This document shows positions 10,421 through 20,735 of a DNA stretch of 64,000 nt, piece after piece. This DNA is from a bacterium (GTDB lineage Bacteria > SZUA-182 > DTGQ01 > JAFGSM01). How positions within the stretch are numbered: position 1 is the first letter of the stretch; the number at the start of each line of letters is the position of its first letter. A program made the translations under genes and the position numbers. The stretch covers positions 10,761-74,760 of the forward strand of contig JBLIRO010000012.1 in assembly GCA_049472335.1 (NCBI GenBank), read 5' to 3'. The notes under the pieces were generated by a model. The model searched no databases, was not told the origin of the DNA, and saw only the letters and a program-made list of their open reading frames with translations.

Positions 10421-11856
10421 AATATGAAAGCATAATAGGTCTAGAGATCCACGCGCAGCTTCTCACTCAGTCCAAGATCTTTTGCGGATGCAGTACGAAA
10501 TTCGGACAGCCTTCCAATACACAGACCTGTCCTGTATGTCTGGGATTCCCGGGTGTTCTCCCTGTACTGAATCATCAGGTAGTGGAATTTGCATTAAAGA
10601 CGGCGTTGGCGGTTCATGCCCGGATTCCTCCATTGAGCCGTTTTGCAAGAAAGAATTATTTCTATCCGGATTTGCCGAAGGCCTATCAGATATCCCAGTA
10701 TGAACTCCCACTTTCAGAGGGAGGATATGTGGAAGTCGATTCGGAGGACGGGGAAAAAAGACGGATAGGACTTACCCGTATTCATTTGGAGGAGGATGCT
10801 GGTAAGCTTATCCATGGGGATGGTCCTGATAAGGGATCGAGTTTTGTGGATTTTAATCGAACCGGGGTGCCGCTTATGGAGATTGTTACTGAGCCGGAGA
10901 TGCATTCACCCTTGGAGGCGAAGCTGTTTCTAGAAAACCTGAAGGCCATTCTGCAGTATTTGAAGGTTTGCGATGGAAATATGGAGGAAGGGAGCTTGCG
11001 TTGTGACGCAAACGTATCCGTGAGGCCTTATGGTCAGGAAACCTTGGGCGTTAAGACAGAGATCAAGAATATGAATTCCTTCCGGAATGTCCAGCGCGCC
11101 CTGGAATATGAGATCGAGCGTCAGATTATGACTATTGACAGAGGAGAGGTGGTGGTTCAGGAAACTCGCCTCTGGGACGCTGACAAGGGGATAAGCTTTC
11201 CAATGAGAAGCAAGGAGGAGGCCCATGATTACAGGTATTTCCCTGATCCGGACCTTTTACCCCTTGAGATAGACGAGGCCTGGATAAAACGGGTGGCCCG
11301 TACCTTGCCGGAATTGCCTGAGTCCAGGAAGGAAAGGTTTGAAAGGGAGTATGATATACCTTCTTATGATGCCCAGTTCCTGACCTCTTCCGCGGAACTG
11401 GCTGATTATTATGAGGAGTGTTGTAGATCCTTTCATAGACCCAAGATTGTAAGCAACTGGATCATGGTTGAATTGATGAGAGAATTGAATCGTGACAATC
11501 TGGATATCTCTTCTTCTCCGATCAAGGCAAAAAGCCTTGCCGATATGCTGAAGATGCTCGATGATGATATAATCAGCGGAAAGATCGCCAAATCGGTTTT
11601 TGTGAAAATGTATAAAACAGGGAAAGAGGCATCCCGGATAATCAAGGAGGAGAACCTTATTCAGATTACCGACGAATCTGCGTTAGAAGAAACCATAGAC
11701 AGAGTCCTTGACGAAAACCCCGGACCCGTATCAGACTACAGAAACGGAAAGAAGCAGGCTATGGGATTTTTGGTAGGACAGGTGATGAAGTTTACCAAGG
11801 GAAAAGCAAATCCTAAAATTGTAAACCGGATTCTTATAAAGAAACTTGAAAGCTAA
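10417..11856 (+). CDS. gatB: Asp/Glu-tRNA amidotransferase subunit B
   Basis: [44 protein letters not shown]. Confidence 0.97.
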   Translation: MKYESIIGLEIHAQLLTQSKIFCGCSTKFGQPSNTQTCPVCLGFPGVLPVLNHQVVEFALKTALAVHARIPPLSRFARKNYFYPDLPKAYQISQYELPLSEGGYVEVDSEDGEKRRIGLTRIHLEEDAGKLIHGDGPDKGSSFVDFNRTGVPLMEIVTEPEMHSPLEAKLFLENLKAILQYLKVCDGNMEEGSLRCDANVSVRPYGQETLGVKTEIKNMNSFRNVQRALEYEIERQIMTIDRGEVVVQETRLWDADKGISFPMRSKEEAHDYRYFPDPDLLPLEIDEAWIKRVARTLPELPESRKERFEREYDIPSYDAQFLTSSAELADYYEECCRSFHRPKIVSNWIMVELMRELNRDNLDISSSPIKAKSLADMLKMLDDDIISGKIAKSVFVKMYKTGKEASRIIKEENLIQITDESALEETIDRVLDENPGPVSDYRNGKKQAMGFLVGQVMKFTKGKANPKIVNRILIKKLES

Positions 11857-11872
11857 ATACTAAAATTTTCCA

Positions 11873-13294
11873 ATGGCCCTTTATCATCAATCACACAGAC
11901 TAGAGCGTCAGCGATGTTCCCGCCGCAGGGTGAGGCCCCTTTTTATCTATCTGATAATCCTGGCATTTCTTATCCCCCTTTTGATTAAATGGGCAAAAGG
12001 CAGCTTTTTAAGATCGGATAAGCGTCTTACTGCCCAAAGTCAAAAGGAGACAGGTCTAAAAGAATCATCTTCATGCGATACCAATCTTACTAATGATGGC
12101 TTATCATCGGATCCTATTGAAGGCCCCTTGCCCCATCCGTCCTATTCCGAATTATATTTGTCCGGAAAGATCGGAGAAGGCGAAAGTATATACGAGTGCC
12201 TGCATAAAGAAGGAGTTTCTGACAGGAACATCCAGCTTATTGCCAGCAATCTGAATCCATTAATGAGTTTCCGCTCTCAAAGCCAGCCGGGGGATACCTA
12301 TCGTTTGGCACTCACCCGGGAAGGCGATATAGAAAGGTTTGAATATCAGAAAGGTCCCCTGGAGATTTACTGCCTCAGCAGGGACAAAGATAATATATGG
12401 AAAGCCTGGCGGGAGAATATAAAGCTTACCAAATACTGGATGAGCATTTCAGGCCAAATCGAAGGCTCCCTTGTTTCAACGTTTCAGAAACATGGCTATC
12501 CTGTGTCTTTGGCGCTCCGGTTTGCCGAGATCCTCGAATGGAAGATAGATTTTCAGCATGAGGTAAGGGACGGGGACCGATTCAGTATGGTGTATGAGAG
12601 GTATTATAAGGGAGACGAGCCCATCGGGTTTGGAAATATCCTGGCTGTTATGTATGAAGGCGTAATGATCGGAACTTTGAAGGGATTCTATTTTGATCAG
12701 GAAGAGGGCAGGGGAGACTATTATGATTTGGAAGGAGTATCCCTGAGGCGGGCATTTCTGAGGGCGCCTTTGAGTTATAAATATATCAGTTCCGGATTTA
12801 ACCATCAACGTAAACATCCTATTCTGGGATATGTAAGGCCACACCTGGGGATCGATTTTGCCGCACCGTCCGGGTCACCCGTATGGGCGGTGGCTGATGG
12901 CAGGGTGCTTTCAAAATCCTATGACAGAAACAACGGAAATCAGATTAAGCTAAGGCATATGAATGGCTATATTACCTACTATAACCACCTTTCCGGATTT
13001 GCCAAAGGAATAAAGAAAGGGGTACGTGTTGTGCAGAAACAGATCATCGGCTATGTGGGCACAACAGGGCTTTCCACGGGCCCTCACCTGGATTATAGGG
13101 TTAAGAAGGACAGCAAATTCATTAATCCCCTGAAGGCCAAATATCCCTCCGGCAAGCCATTAAACAGGAAATTCCTGCCCGAATTTCAGAAATTCGCCGC
13201 AAACATCTCTCCTTTTCTGGAAAAGGAGGAGAAACTTTCCAGGACACTTATTGCTGAGGTGGATTCATCGGAGATTTCACAATCTTTCCAATAA
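11873..13294 (+). CDS. M23-family peptidoglycan DD-metalloendopeptidase (MepM-like)
   Basis: HLGIDFAAPSG, YNHLS, STGPHLDY; N-terminal TM. Confidence 0.9.
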   Translation: MALYHQSHRLERQRCSRRRVRPLFIYLIILAFLIPLLIKWAKGSFLRSDKRLTAQSQKETGLKESSSCDTNLTNDGLSSDPIEGPLPHPSYSELYLSGKIGEGESIYECLHKEGVSDRNIQLIASNLNPLMSFRSQSQPGDTYRLALTREGDIERFEYQKGPLEIYCLSRDKDNIWKAWRENIKLTKYWMSISGQIEGSLVSTFQKHGYPVSLALRFAEILEWKIDFQHEVRDGDRFSMVYERYYKGDEPIGFGNILAVMYEGVMIGTLKGFYFDQEEGRGDYYDLEGVSLRRAFLRAPLSYKYISSGFNHQRKHPILGYVRPHLGIDFAAPSGSPVWAVADGRVLSKSYDRNNGNQIKLRHMNGYITYYNHLSGFAKGIKKGVRVVQKQIIGYVGTTGLSTGPHLDYRVKKDSKFINPLKAKYPSGKPLNRKFLPEFQKFAANISPFLEKEEKLSRTLIAEVDSSEISQSFQ

Positions 13295-13407
13295 ATAATG
13301 GATAAAGAGGGTGTCAAAAGTCAGGGAAGTGCCCAAAGTGTCAAGAGCTTGAAGTTAAAAAAATATCAAAATGAGTTGTCGGACAGGTTTTAAAATGGGA
13401 GTAATAC

Positions 13408-16400
13408 ATGGAAGCTCATAAAGAGAAAAGGCAGAAACGGGAAAAGATTACACCCGTACGTCTCTTTCTATCCTCTCCCGGGGATGTAAATGCGGAACTG
13501 GAAAAGGTAAAAGAGGTCGTTGAAAACCTTAACCGGGTCTGGGGTGATGCCTTTGGTGTCCGCATCGATGTCCTCGACTGGAAAACCCACGTCCTCCCAC
13601 AGATAGGGATTAAGGCCCAGGAGTGCATAAATCTTCAAATTACGGATTACGATATCTTTTTAGGGATCATGTGGAAGAGGTTTGGTACACCAACTGATAA
13701 TGCGGGGTCAGGCACGGAGGAGGAGTTCAGAATCGCCTATGAAAAATGGGAACAATTTCATGAACTCCACATACTTTTCTATTTCAGTCAGGCACCATAT
13801 ACGCCCAAGAATAAAGGAGAGATCGAACAATGGGGAAAGGTAATAGCCTTCAGGGAAGAACTTGAATGGATAGGCCTGGTCCGTGCCTATAAATCCCTGG
13901 ATGAATTCACCAGCATGGTGCGGGACCACCTCTCGATGCTACTCCAAAAATGGTTCCCCCTTAAGGGTGAAACCAAAACGATATATGATTTTAATCCCTA
14001 CCTCACAAAACTCAAATCAGATTGCATGTATATGGATATCCGGGGCCATGCGACAGGTGAAAAGAAGGCCCATCAGTTTAGAATAGACCAGTTGTATATC
14101 CCTCTTAAAACAACAGGCGGAGGAATACATGAGGAAAAGCGATGGAAGAAAGCGGCTCCTGACGGGATGATGCCCAGAGAGGTCCTCCTCCAGGAGGCAT
14201 TGAAGGAACATAGGCTCCTCATCAAGGGAGATCCAGGGGCGGGCAAGACCACCTTCCTCAGGTTCATTGCCTTTACCCTTTGCCAGAGAGGACTGAAAGA
14301 GGAACCTTCCCCATCCGCCACGCCTGTGCTCTGGCCTGAGCCTCCTCCTCTTCCCCTTTTAATCAACCCTGCTGTGCTTATGGAATATATAAAGCTGCAC
14401 AAGGGAAAAGGGGAGGGCCTTCCCATTGAGGATGATAGCCCTGAGTGGCTGATCCATTTTATGGAGAAAATGAGTGGAGAGAACAATTGGGGGATCTCTG
14501 CTGATGCAATACGTAATGCATTAAAGGAAGGTAACTGCCTGATCCTCATCGACGGACTGGAGAGGCCCCTGATGCGGTTATACGGGAGAAGGTCCTCTCC
14601 CTGGCCACAAGGACTATAAATGCCTATAATAAATGTAAGGTAGTGGTCACCACAAGGCCGATAGCCCTTACAGACACTCACCTGCCTTCCGGATTTGTAG
14701 AGGTACAGATCGCCCCTCTCGACGACAAATCAATCGATATCTTCCTCTCCCAATGGTGCAAGGCCCTTTATGCCGAAGCGCCTGAGAAATCAGAGTGCCT
14801 CTTTGACGATTTGAAAACGGCAATTCAGGCAAGGCCGGCCATCCACCTGATGGCCCGGACCCCGGTTATGCTCACTGCCCTGGCCGTTGTATACTGGAAT
14901 GAGCACAGGTTGCCTGAGCAGCGGGCAGAGCTCTATGAATCGATCATCACCTGGCTCCTGAGGTCCCGCGAGAAAAAACCGGGCCGCCTCTCGGCTGATC
15001 GTTGCCGTTGCCATCTCGAGGAACTCGCCTTTAAAATGTTGATCCCTGCTGAGGGCCGAAAGCGTCAGGCAGATTTAAGATGGGCGGCAGAGGCCATTGC
15101 TGATCAATTTAATCCAAAGGATAAAGAGAAGGGTACTATAGAGGCAGAGGCATTCTTGAAGGCTGAAATGATAGACAGCGGCATAATCGTGGAGCGGCAG
15201 CGCCAGGTGGAATTCTGGCACCTGAGCTTTCAGGAATATCTGGCTGCCTGCAGGATCAGCGGCTTTCTCGATAATAAGATGTTAGAGACGGTCTTTGCGG
15301 ATGGCCGTATCTATAAGGGTGAGTGGCGGGAGGTAATCCTTCTGCTGGGTGGAGTTCTCTACTCTCCAACGCAGGAAAGGATCAATAACCTGATAGATGA
15401 GGTCATTAAAAGGGGACCTCAGGAAGCGACAGGGGAAAACCTGCCGGTCATGGCAAAGGAGGTAGGGATTTTAGGGGGGATTGTCCGTGACCTTGCAACC
15501 TATGATTTTTCACCTTCCAATCCTCAATATTCCCAAATAGTCAAAGGGGTGATGGGGATATTCGAGAAGGAGCGGTATAAGTCAATCCCTGTGCAGGTGA
15601 GGATTGAGGCCGCAGACACACTTGGTCAGGTAGGCGACCCGAGACTCCATGATGATCCTATGATCTTCATCCCCGGAGGGCGATTCTGGATGGGAGCACA
15701 GAAGAAAGATCCCAAGGGAAATAATTATGACAATGACGCCTATGATGATGAATTTCCTGTACATAAGGTAGAGCTTTCTACTTATAAGATCAGTAAATAT
15801 CCTGTTACGGTGGGGCAATACCTGAGATTTATCGAGGATGGTGGATACCAGGAAAGGAAGCATTGGGGTGCAGGGGAATTCGGGGAGTACGAGAAACCGG
15901 ACAACTGGGAGGATCAGCTACGGTATACATCTCGCCCTGTAGTTTATGTAAGCTGGTTTGAGGCTGCTGCATATGCAAGCTGGTGCGGGGGCAGGCTCCC
16001 CACCGAGGCGGAGTGGGAGCGTGCTGCTCGTGGCCCTGGTGATGAATACAGGAAATATCCCTGGGGCAATAAGGAACCAACAAAAAACACTGCAAACTGG
16101 TATGAGGCCGGAATAGGACATGCAACACCAGTAGGGATTTTCCCGGAGGATTGTTCCCCTGAGGGTGTTATTGATATGGCAGGGAATGTGTGGGAGTGGT
16201 GCCAGGACTGGTATAGTGGCACATATTATGAAGAGTGCACACAGAAGGGAATTGTGAAGGATACTGAGGGACCGGAAAAGGGCTTGAAACGTGTTCTTCG
16301 CGGGGGCGCCTTCCGCGACCGCTTTCTGGGCGTTCTGCGCTGTGCCAGCCGTTACGGGGACTGGCCTGGCCTCCGGTCCGGCATCGTCGGCTTCCGTGTC

Positions 16401-16412
16401 GTCCGCCCCTGA
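13408..16412 (+). pseudogene. DUF4062-like + NACHT/STAND NTPase + FGE-sulfatase (CLec) protein, split by a 1-nt deletion
   Basis: LFLSSPGDV/SGTEEEF N-terminus, GDPGAGKTT Walker A; adding one base after 14561 restores LIDGLDEAPDAVIREKV...VVVTTRP and joins ORFs 13408-14619 and 14643-16412 (~1001 aa); RLPTEAEWERAARG, DMAGNVWEW, GFRVV. Confidence 0.85.
16290..16409 (+). other. Putative DGR variable region of a remote target
   Basis: C-terminal 40 codons of the FGE domain contain only 5 A in 120 nt and are NNC-rich; do not match the local TR at non-A positions. Confidence 0.6.
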
Positions 16413-16571
16413 ATTAAAAATCTGGTAATCTGTCAATCTGTAAATCTGAAGCGTTGTGGAGCAGTTTAAGGATGTGCTCCCGTTTTCACCAAAGAAGACC
16501 GAAGTAATATAAGGGCCAACCTTTGTGTCAGATTACCAAAATCAGATTACTTTTATCATTTGTATCAATAA

Positions 16572-16690
16572 TCATGGGTATCGCTCTTTTCTACCATTAT
16601 CCATATATTCTTCTACTGAATTAAAATCATTATGATCCTTCCATATGCCAAACAGCTTGTCTTTTGTTTTCTCCTTTTTCAGCAATTCTA
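16572..16690 (-). pseudogene. Antitoxin C-terminal remnant overlapping a truncated PIN/VapC start
   Basis: ...KDKLFGIWKDHNDFNSVEEYMDNGRKERYP* overlaps (ATGA) with MIIDTN..., which stops after 15 codons. Confidence 0.35.
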
Positions 16691-16691
16691 A

Positions 16692-16805
16692 TTATGACAG
16701 CAGATGGCTATATTTTTGAAGCTTGTATCTGAAGGACCGGAAACTCAGATTGAGCAGTTCCGCTGCCTTGCTCTTGTTTCCCTGGGGCTTTTTAAGGGAT
16801 TTCAT
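16692..16805 (-). other. Diverged duplicate of the pilR 3' end (Fis-type HTH); 37-aa mini-ORF
   Basis: MKSLKKPQGNKSKAAELLNLSFRSFRYKLQKYSHLLS* vs PilR ...ALKKTQGNKSRAAELLNLSFRSFRYKLQKYSHLLER*. Confidence 0.8.
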
Positions 16806-16842
16806 TTTATCAGAACCATCTAGAGAGTATGTCGAGCCAATT

Positions 16843-16873
16843 TAACGATTGCCGTTTAACGCTAAGTGCGTTA
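16843..16873 (+). promoter_or_regulatory. Palindromic operator(s) upstream of higBA
   Basis: TAACGC-TAAGT-GCGTTA and AACG-ATTGC-CGTT just before the higB start. Confidence 0.5.
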
Positions 16874-16883
16874 TATTGATAAT

Positions 16884-17167
16884 ATGATTAGAACATTTAA
16901 GGATAAAGAAGCTGAGAGAATATTTAAAATAAGTATTCTCACAAAATTCCTAAAAGCTTGCATCGAATCGGTTTGAGGAAATTAAGAATGCTAAATAGAG
17001 CTTTAAACTTAAATGATCTAAGGATTCCGCCTGCAAACAGATTGGAGAAACTTAAAGGGGACAGACTTGGACAATACAGCATTCGTATCAATGATCAATG
17101 GCGGATATGTTTCAAATGGCACGACAATGATTCATTGCAGGTCGAAATCGTTGATTATCATCCTTAG
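16884..17167 (+). pseudogene. higB: HigB (RelE/ParE family) toxin, frameshifted
   Basis: MIRTFKDKEAERIF then 1-nt loss in A4 run 16926-16929; continues RKLRMLN...PPANRLEKLKGDRLGQYSIRINDQWRICF...VEIVDYH. Confidence 0.85.
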
Positions 17168-17176
17168 GAGGAGATT

Positions 17177-17481
17177 ATGTCGGTTAAAAAACTGGACCCT
17201 TTACATCCGGGGGAAATTCTGCGAAAAGAATTTCTGGAGCCGTTGGGTCTGAGTCAAAATAGACTTGCAATTGCAATAGGTGTTCCTGCGAGGCGGATAA
17301 ATGAAATAGTCCTTGGAAAAGAGGCATTTCTGCTGAAACAGCCTTAAGGCTTGCTCGTTACTTTAAGATGTCACCTCAATTCTGGCTAGGATTACAAATG
17401 GATTATGAACTTGATTTAGCGGAAGACAAACTGGAAGGCAGGCTTGAAAAAGAAGTCATCCCAATGTCCGCAACCGGCTAA
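17177..17481 (+). pseudogene. higA: HigA antitoxin, frameshifted
   Basis: MSVKKLDPLHPGEILRKEFLEPLGLSQNRLA...RRINEIVLGK, 1-nt loss in A4 run 17317-17320, then RGISAETALRLARYFKMSPQFWLGLQMDYEL. Confidence 0.85.
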
Positions 17482-17503
17482 TAATGGGACAAATTCTAAC
17501 CAC

Positions 17504-17548
17504 TTTTATAATTTTAGGCACTTGACACTTTAGGCACTTTAGGCACTT
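17504..17548. repeat. Short tandem TAGGCACTT repeats; inverted partner at 13327-13362
   Basis: TTTTAGGCACTTGACACTTTAGGCACTTTAGGCACTT; similar unit at ~7515-7537. Confidence 0.6.
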
Positions 17549-17578
17549 GCTTTTAAAACTTTACTCACTACCCTTACC

Positions 17579-18964
17579 CTATCTTTCAAGCAGATGGCTA
17601 TACTTTTGAAGTTTATACCGGAAGGACCGAAAGCTGAGATTGAGTAATTCCGCAGCCCTGCTCTTATTTCCCTGGGTCTTTTTGAGGGCCTGGGAAATGA
17701 GCTGTGTTTCCATCTCCGTGACAGCCCTTTCCAGATCCACGCCGTCATTTAGATTCATGGTTGTCGATTGATATGCCTGATGGACAGGGTAAAGGATATT
17801 GTCGGGCAGGTCCTCCGGCTCCAATCGTTTTCCATTCCCGAGCGCAACCGCCCTTTCAATGGCATTCTCTAACTCCCGGACATTCCCGGGCCAGTGGTAG
17901 TTGGACAGAATCCTTATAACCTCGGAAGAGGGTTTGGTATCCATATCGTGGAAACCGTTTCTTTTTGCATAAGATTCAAGAAAGTGTGCGGTAAGCAGGG
18001 GGATGTCTCCGATTCTCTCCCTTAAAGGCGGCAGAGTTATAGGGATAACGTTCAAGCGGTAATACAGGTCCTCCCTGAAGGTCCCTTCCTGTACGGCCTC
18101 TGCCAGGTCCTTATTGGTGGCTGCGACGATACGAACGTCAACTTTAACACCCTCATTCGAACCAACCCTTCGGATCTCCTGATCCTGCAAAACCCTCAGG
18201 AGTTTTACCTGTAATGACATTGGTGTTGAAGAGATCTCGTCTAAAAAAAGGGTCCCTTTATGGGCGACTTCAAAAAGGCCCTTTTTGTTGGCTATTGCCC
18301 CTGTAAATGCCCCCTTTACATGTCCGAACAGCTCGCTTTCCAGCAAACCTTCGGGCATTCCTCCGCAGTTTACAGAGACAAAGGGTTCATCCTTTTGATT
18401 GCTCTGAAAATGAACGGCCCTGGCCACCAGTTCCTTCCCCGTGCCACTTTCACCTATTATAAGGACCGTGCTGCGGTTATTGGCAATTTTTTGTATTAAA
18501 GAGAATATTTCTCTTATCTGAGTGCTCTTTCCTATAATATTTCCAAGCCTGTATTTCGTTGAAAGCTCTCTTTTGAGGATGACATTCTCCTCCTGAAGCC
18601 TCTTTTTTTCTATGGCATTATTTATGACCAATCTGATTTCATCGTTATTCTTAAAGGGCTTTGTCAGATAATCGTAGGCCCCTTCCTTTATTGCCTGAAC
18701 GGCTGTCTTTGTGGAAGCATAGGCAGTGATCATTATGACCGCTGTCTCCGGGCTGATTTTCTTGATTTCTTTTAACACACTCAGCCCATCCATGCCCGGC
18801 ATCCGGATATCAATGATGGCCAGATCAAATATGTCCTTTTGCGCAAGTCTCAGTCCTGCCTGCGGATCCGTAGCGAACTGTACCCTGTATCCTTCCCTTT
18901 TGAGCATTATAGAGAGAAATTCACACATGCTTTTTTCATCATCTATAATCAAAATAGAATGCAT
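17579..18964 (-). CDS. pilR: Sigma-54-dependent response regulator PilR
   Basis: Receiver domain, GESGTGKE, GAFTGA, Fis HTH; downstream of pilS/pilC. Confidence 0.88.
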   Translation of the reverse strand: MHSILIIDDEKSMCEFLSIMLKREGYRVQFATDPQAGLRLAQKDIFDLAIIDIRMPGMDGLSVLKEIKKISPETAVIMITAYASTKTAVQAIKEGAYDYLTKPFKNNDEIRLVINNAIEKKRLQEENVILKRELSTKYRLGNIIGKSTQIREIFSLIQKIANNRSTVLIIGESGTGKELVARAVHFQSNQKDEPFVSVNCGGMPEGLLESELFGHVKGAFTGAIANKKGLFEVAHKGTLFLDEISSTPMSLQVKLLRVLQDQEIRRVGSNEGVKVDVRIVAATNKDLAEAVQEGTFREDLYYRLNVIPITLPPLRERIGDIPLLTAHFLESYAKRNGFHDMDTKPSSEVIRILSNYHWPGNVRELENAIERAVALGNGKRLEPEDLPDNILYPVHQAYQSTTMNLNDGVDLERAVTEMETQLISQALKKTQGNKSRAAELLNLSFRSFRYKLQKYSHLLER

Positions 18965-19000
18965 TGTATTTTTACCCCGCTTTTTCGATTTTTAACAAGA

Positions 19001-20701
19001 TCATAAATTTAGTGAAATATAAATTCTAAAGAGAGTCCCCTGGCCGGGTTCACTTTCTGCTTCAATTTTTCCCCCATGCTCCTCGATTATACGGTATGCG
19101 GTGCAAAGGCCCAATCCGGTACCCTTTTCCTTTGTTGTATAAAAAGGGTGGAATATCCTGGTAATATGTTCTTTGGATATCCCAACCCCGGTATCCTGGA
19201 ATTCAATTATTTTATAAGATTTTTCATTAATCTTTTTGGTCTTGCCTTTGACCGTAAGGATTCCTCCATCGGGCATGGCCTGGCAAGCATTAATAGCCAG
19301 GTTCCAGAAAACCTGTTTCATTTGATCAATATCTAAATTGATATCTGTATTTTCGGGCTCGAGATCTATATATACTGCTATATCTTTTTTAAACATTTCG
19401 CCATTCTTTAAAATGGTCATTGTGTCATGAATAAGGCCGTTTATATTGCAGTTTTCCAATTGAGGCGGTCTGGGTTTCGCGTAAGTCAGGAAATCATTTA
19501 TAATATTATTTAGATGCGTGGACTCATCGATAACAATATTCATCAGGGCCTTTTGCTCAGAATCCAGTGTCAAACCTTCGGCAAGAAGCTGGATGGATCC
19601 TTTGATGGAGGCCATGGGATTGCGAAGCTCATGTGCGATTCCCGCGCTCATGCCTCCTATTGTAGCTAATATGTCAGCCTGCTTAAGCTGGTCTTCCATC
19701 CTTTTGAATTCAGTCAGATCCTGAAAACTGGTTATAGTCCCTTTGGTTTTGCCTTGCGAATCCTGAATTGTTGAGAGATTAAGGCCGATAAAGCAGGGGC
19801 CCCGGGACCCGCAATTTATGAATTCGTTACATGTAAGTGTTTGTTCTGCATCATTTTCGATAAATTTGACGGTCTCTTGGAAATCGATGGGTAAAAAGAG
19901 ATCATGCCAAAACAGTGATTTCCTATTAAGGCCTTGGATCGATAGGATTTCCATGGCTGCCTTGTTTGCCAGTGTAACTCTTCCATTAATATCCGTCACG
20001 ACCAGACCGGAACGAATATTTTTAAGTATGTCTTCATTAAACGCCTTTAATTCCATCAGGTCCTCATGGCTGGCACTGAGCTCCTGATCCTTCTTTTTGG
20101 TTGATTCTGCAAGATATCCGCATAAAAATGCTGTAATATAGAAAGCGCATATATTCACAGACATAGCATAAAACACATAACTGCTGTTTAAGTGGCTTGC
20201 AGTATATACATAATTGGAAGGAAAGGAAAATAAACCGTAATATTGAAAATCCAACATCAGGCCATAGAGGATGCTGCTCATCGAGGCTATTACAAAGCTC
20301 CCCTTGCGAAACAGAACAATGCTTGCAGTGATGATAGTGATAATGAACATAAAAGAAAAAGTGCTCTCAATTCCTCCTGTAAAGTATATAAGACAGGTTT
20401 CGATTATTACATCAGCCACAAGCTGGATATACGCGAGAACTATCATGTTGTTGTTTAAATAATAATATAATACAGCATACAGAATGGTAAGGAGGTAAGT
20501 TACGGTGATTAGCACATAAAATGGATTAAAGCCGGATCCGGCGCTTCTGATCTGAACAACACTTACGGAACCAAGGAGGATTGTGAGAATAATCACCCTG
20601 AGAATCATTAACCACCTTATTTTGCGCTTATAATAATCATCGTTAAAGGTGGCAGGTTGATTAGATTTTTGGCTGTCCATCTTTTTTAGATTATGATTCA
20701 C
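19001..20701 (-). CDS. pilS: Sensor histidine kinase PilS
   Basis: Multi-TM N-terminus, PAS, AHELRNP, GTGLGL; synteny pilC-pilS-pilR. Confidence 0.87.
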   Translation of the reverse strand: MNHNLKKMDSQKSNQPATFNDDYYKRKIRWLMILRVIILTILLGSVSVVQIRSAGSGFNPFYVLITVTYLLTILYAVLYYYLNNNMIVLAYIQLVADVIIETCLIYFTGGIESTFSFMFIITIITASIVLFRKGSFVIASMSSILYGLMLDFQYYGLFSFPSNYVYTASHLNSSYVFYAMSVNICAFYITAFLCGYLAESTKKKDQELSASHEDLMELKAFNEDILKNIRSGLVVTDINGRVTLANKAAMEILSIQGLNRKSLFWHDLFLPIDFQETVKFIENDAEQTLTCNEFINCGSRGPCFIGLNLSTIQDSQGKTKGTITSFQDLTEFKRMEDQLKQADILATIGGMSAGIAHELRNPMASIKGSIQLLAEGLTLDSEQKALMNIVIDESTHLNNIINDFLTYAKPRPPQLENCNINGLIHDTMTILKNGEMFKKDIAVYIDLEPENTDINLDIDQMKQVFWNLAINACQAMPDGGILTVKGKTKKINEKSYKIIEFQDTGVGISKEHITRIFHPFYTTKEKGTGLGLCTAYRIIEEHGGKIEAESEPGQGTLFRIYISLNL

Positions 20702-20735
20702 AATCCTTCATCTGCGATCTGTAAAGGTAATATTT

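Noticed and set aside
16290..16409. Second target of the local TR
   Set aside because: Many mismatches at non-A TR positions and one extra codon; it needs a different template
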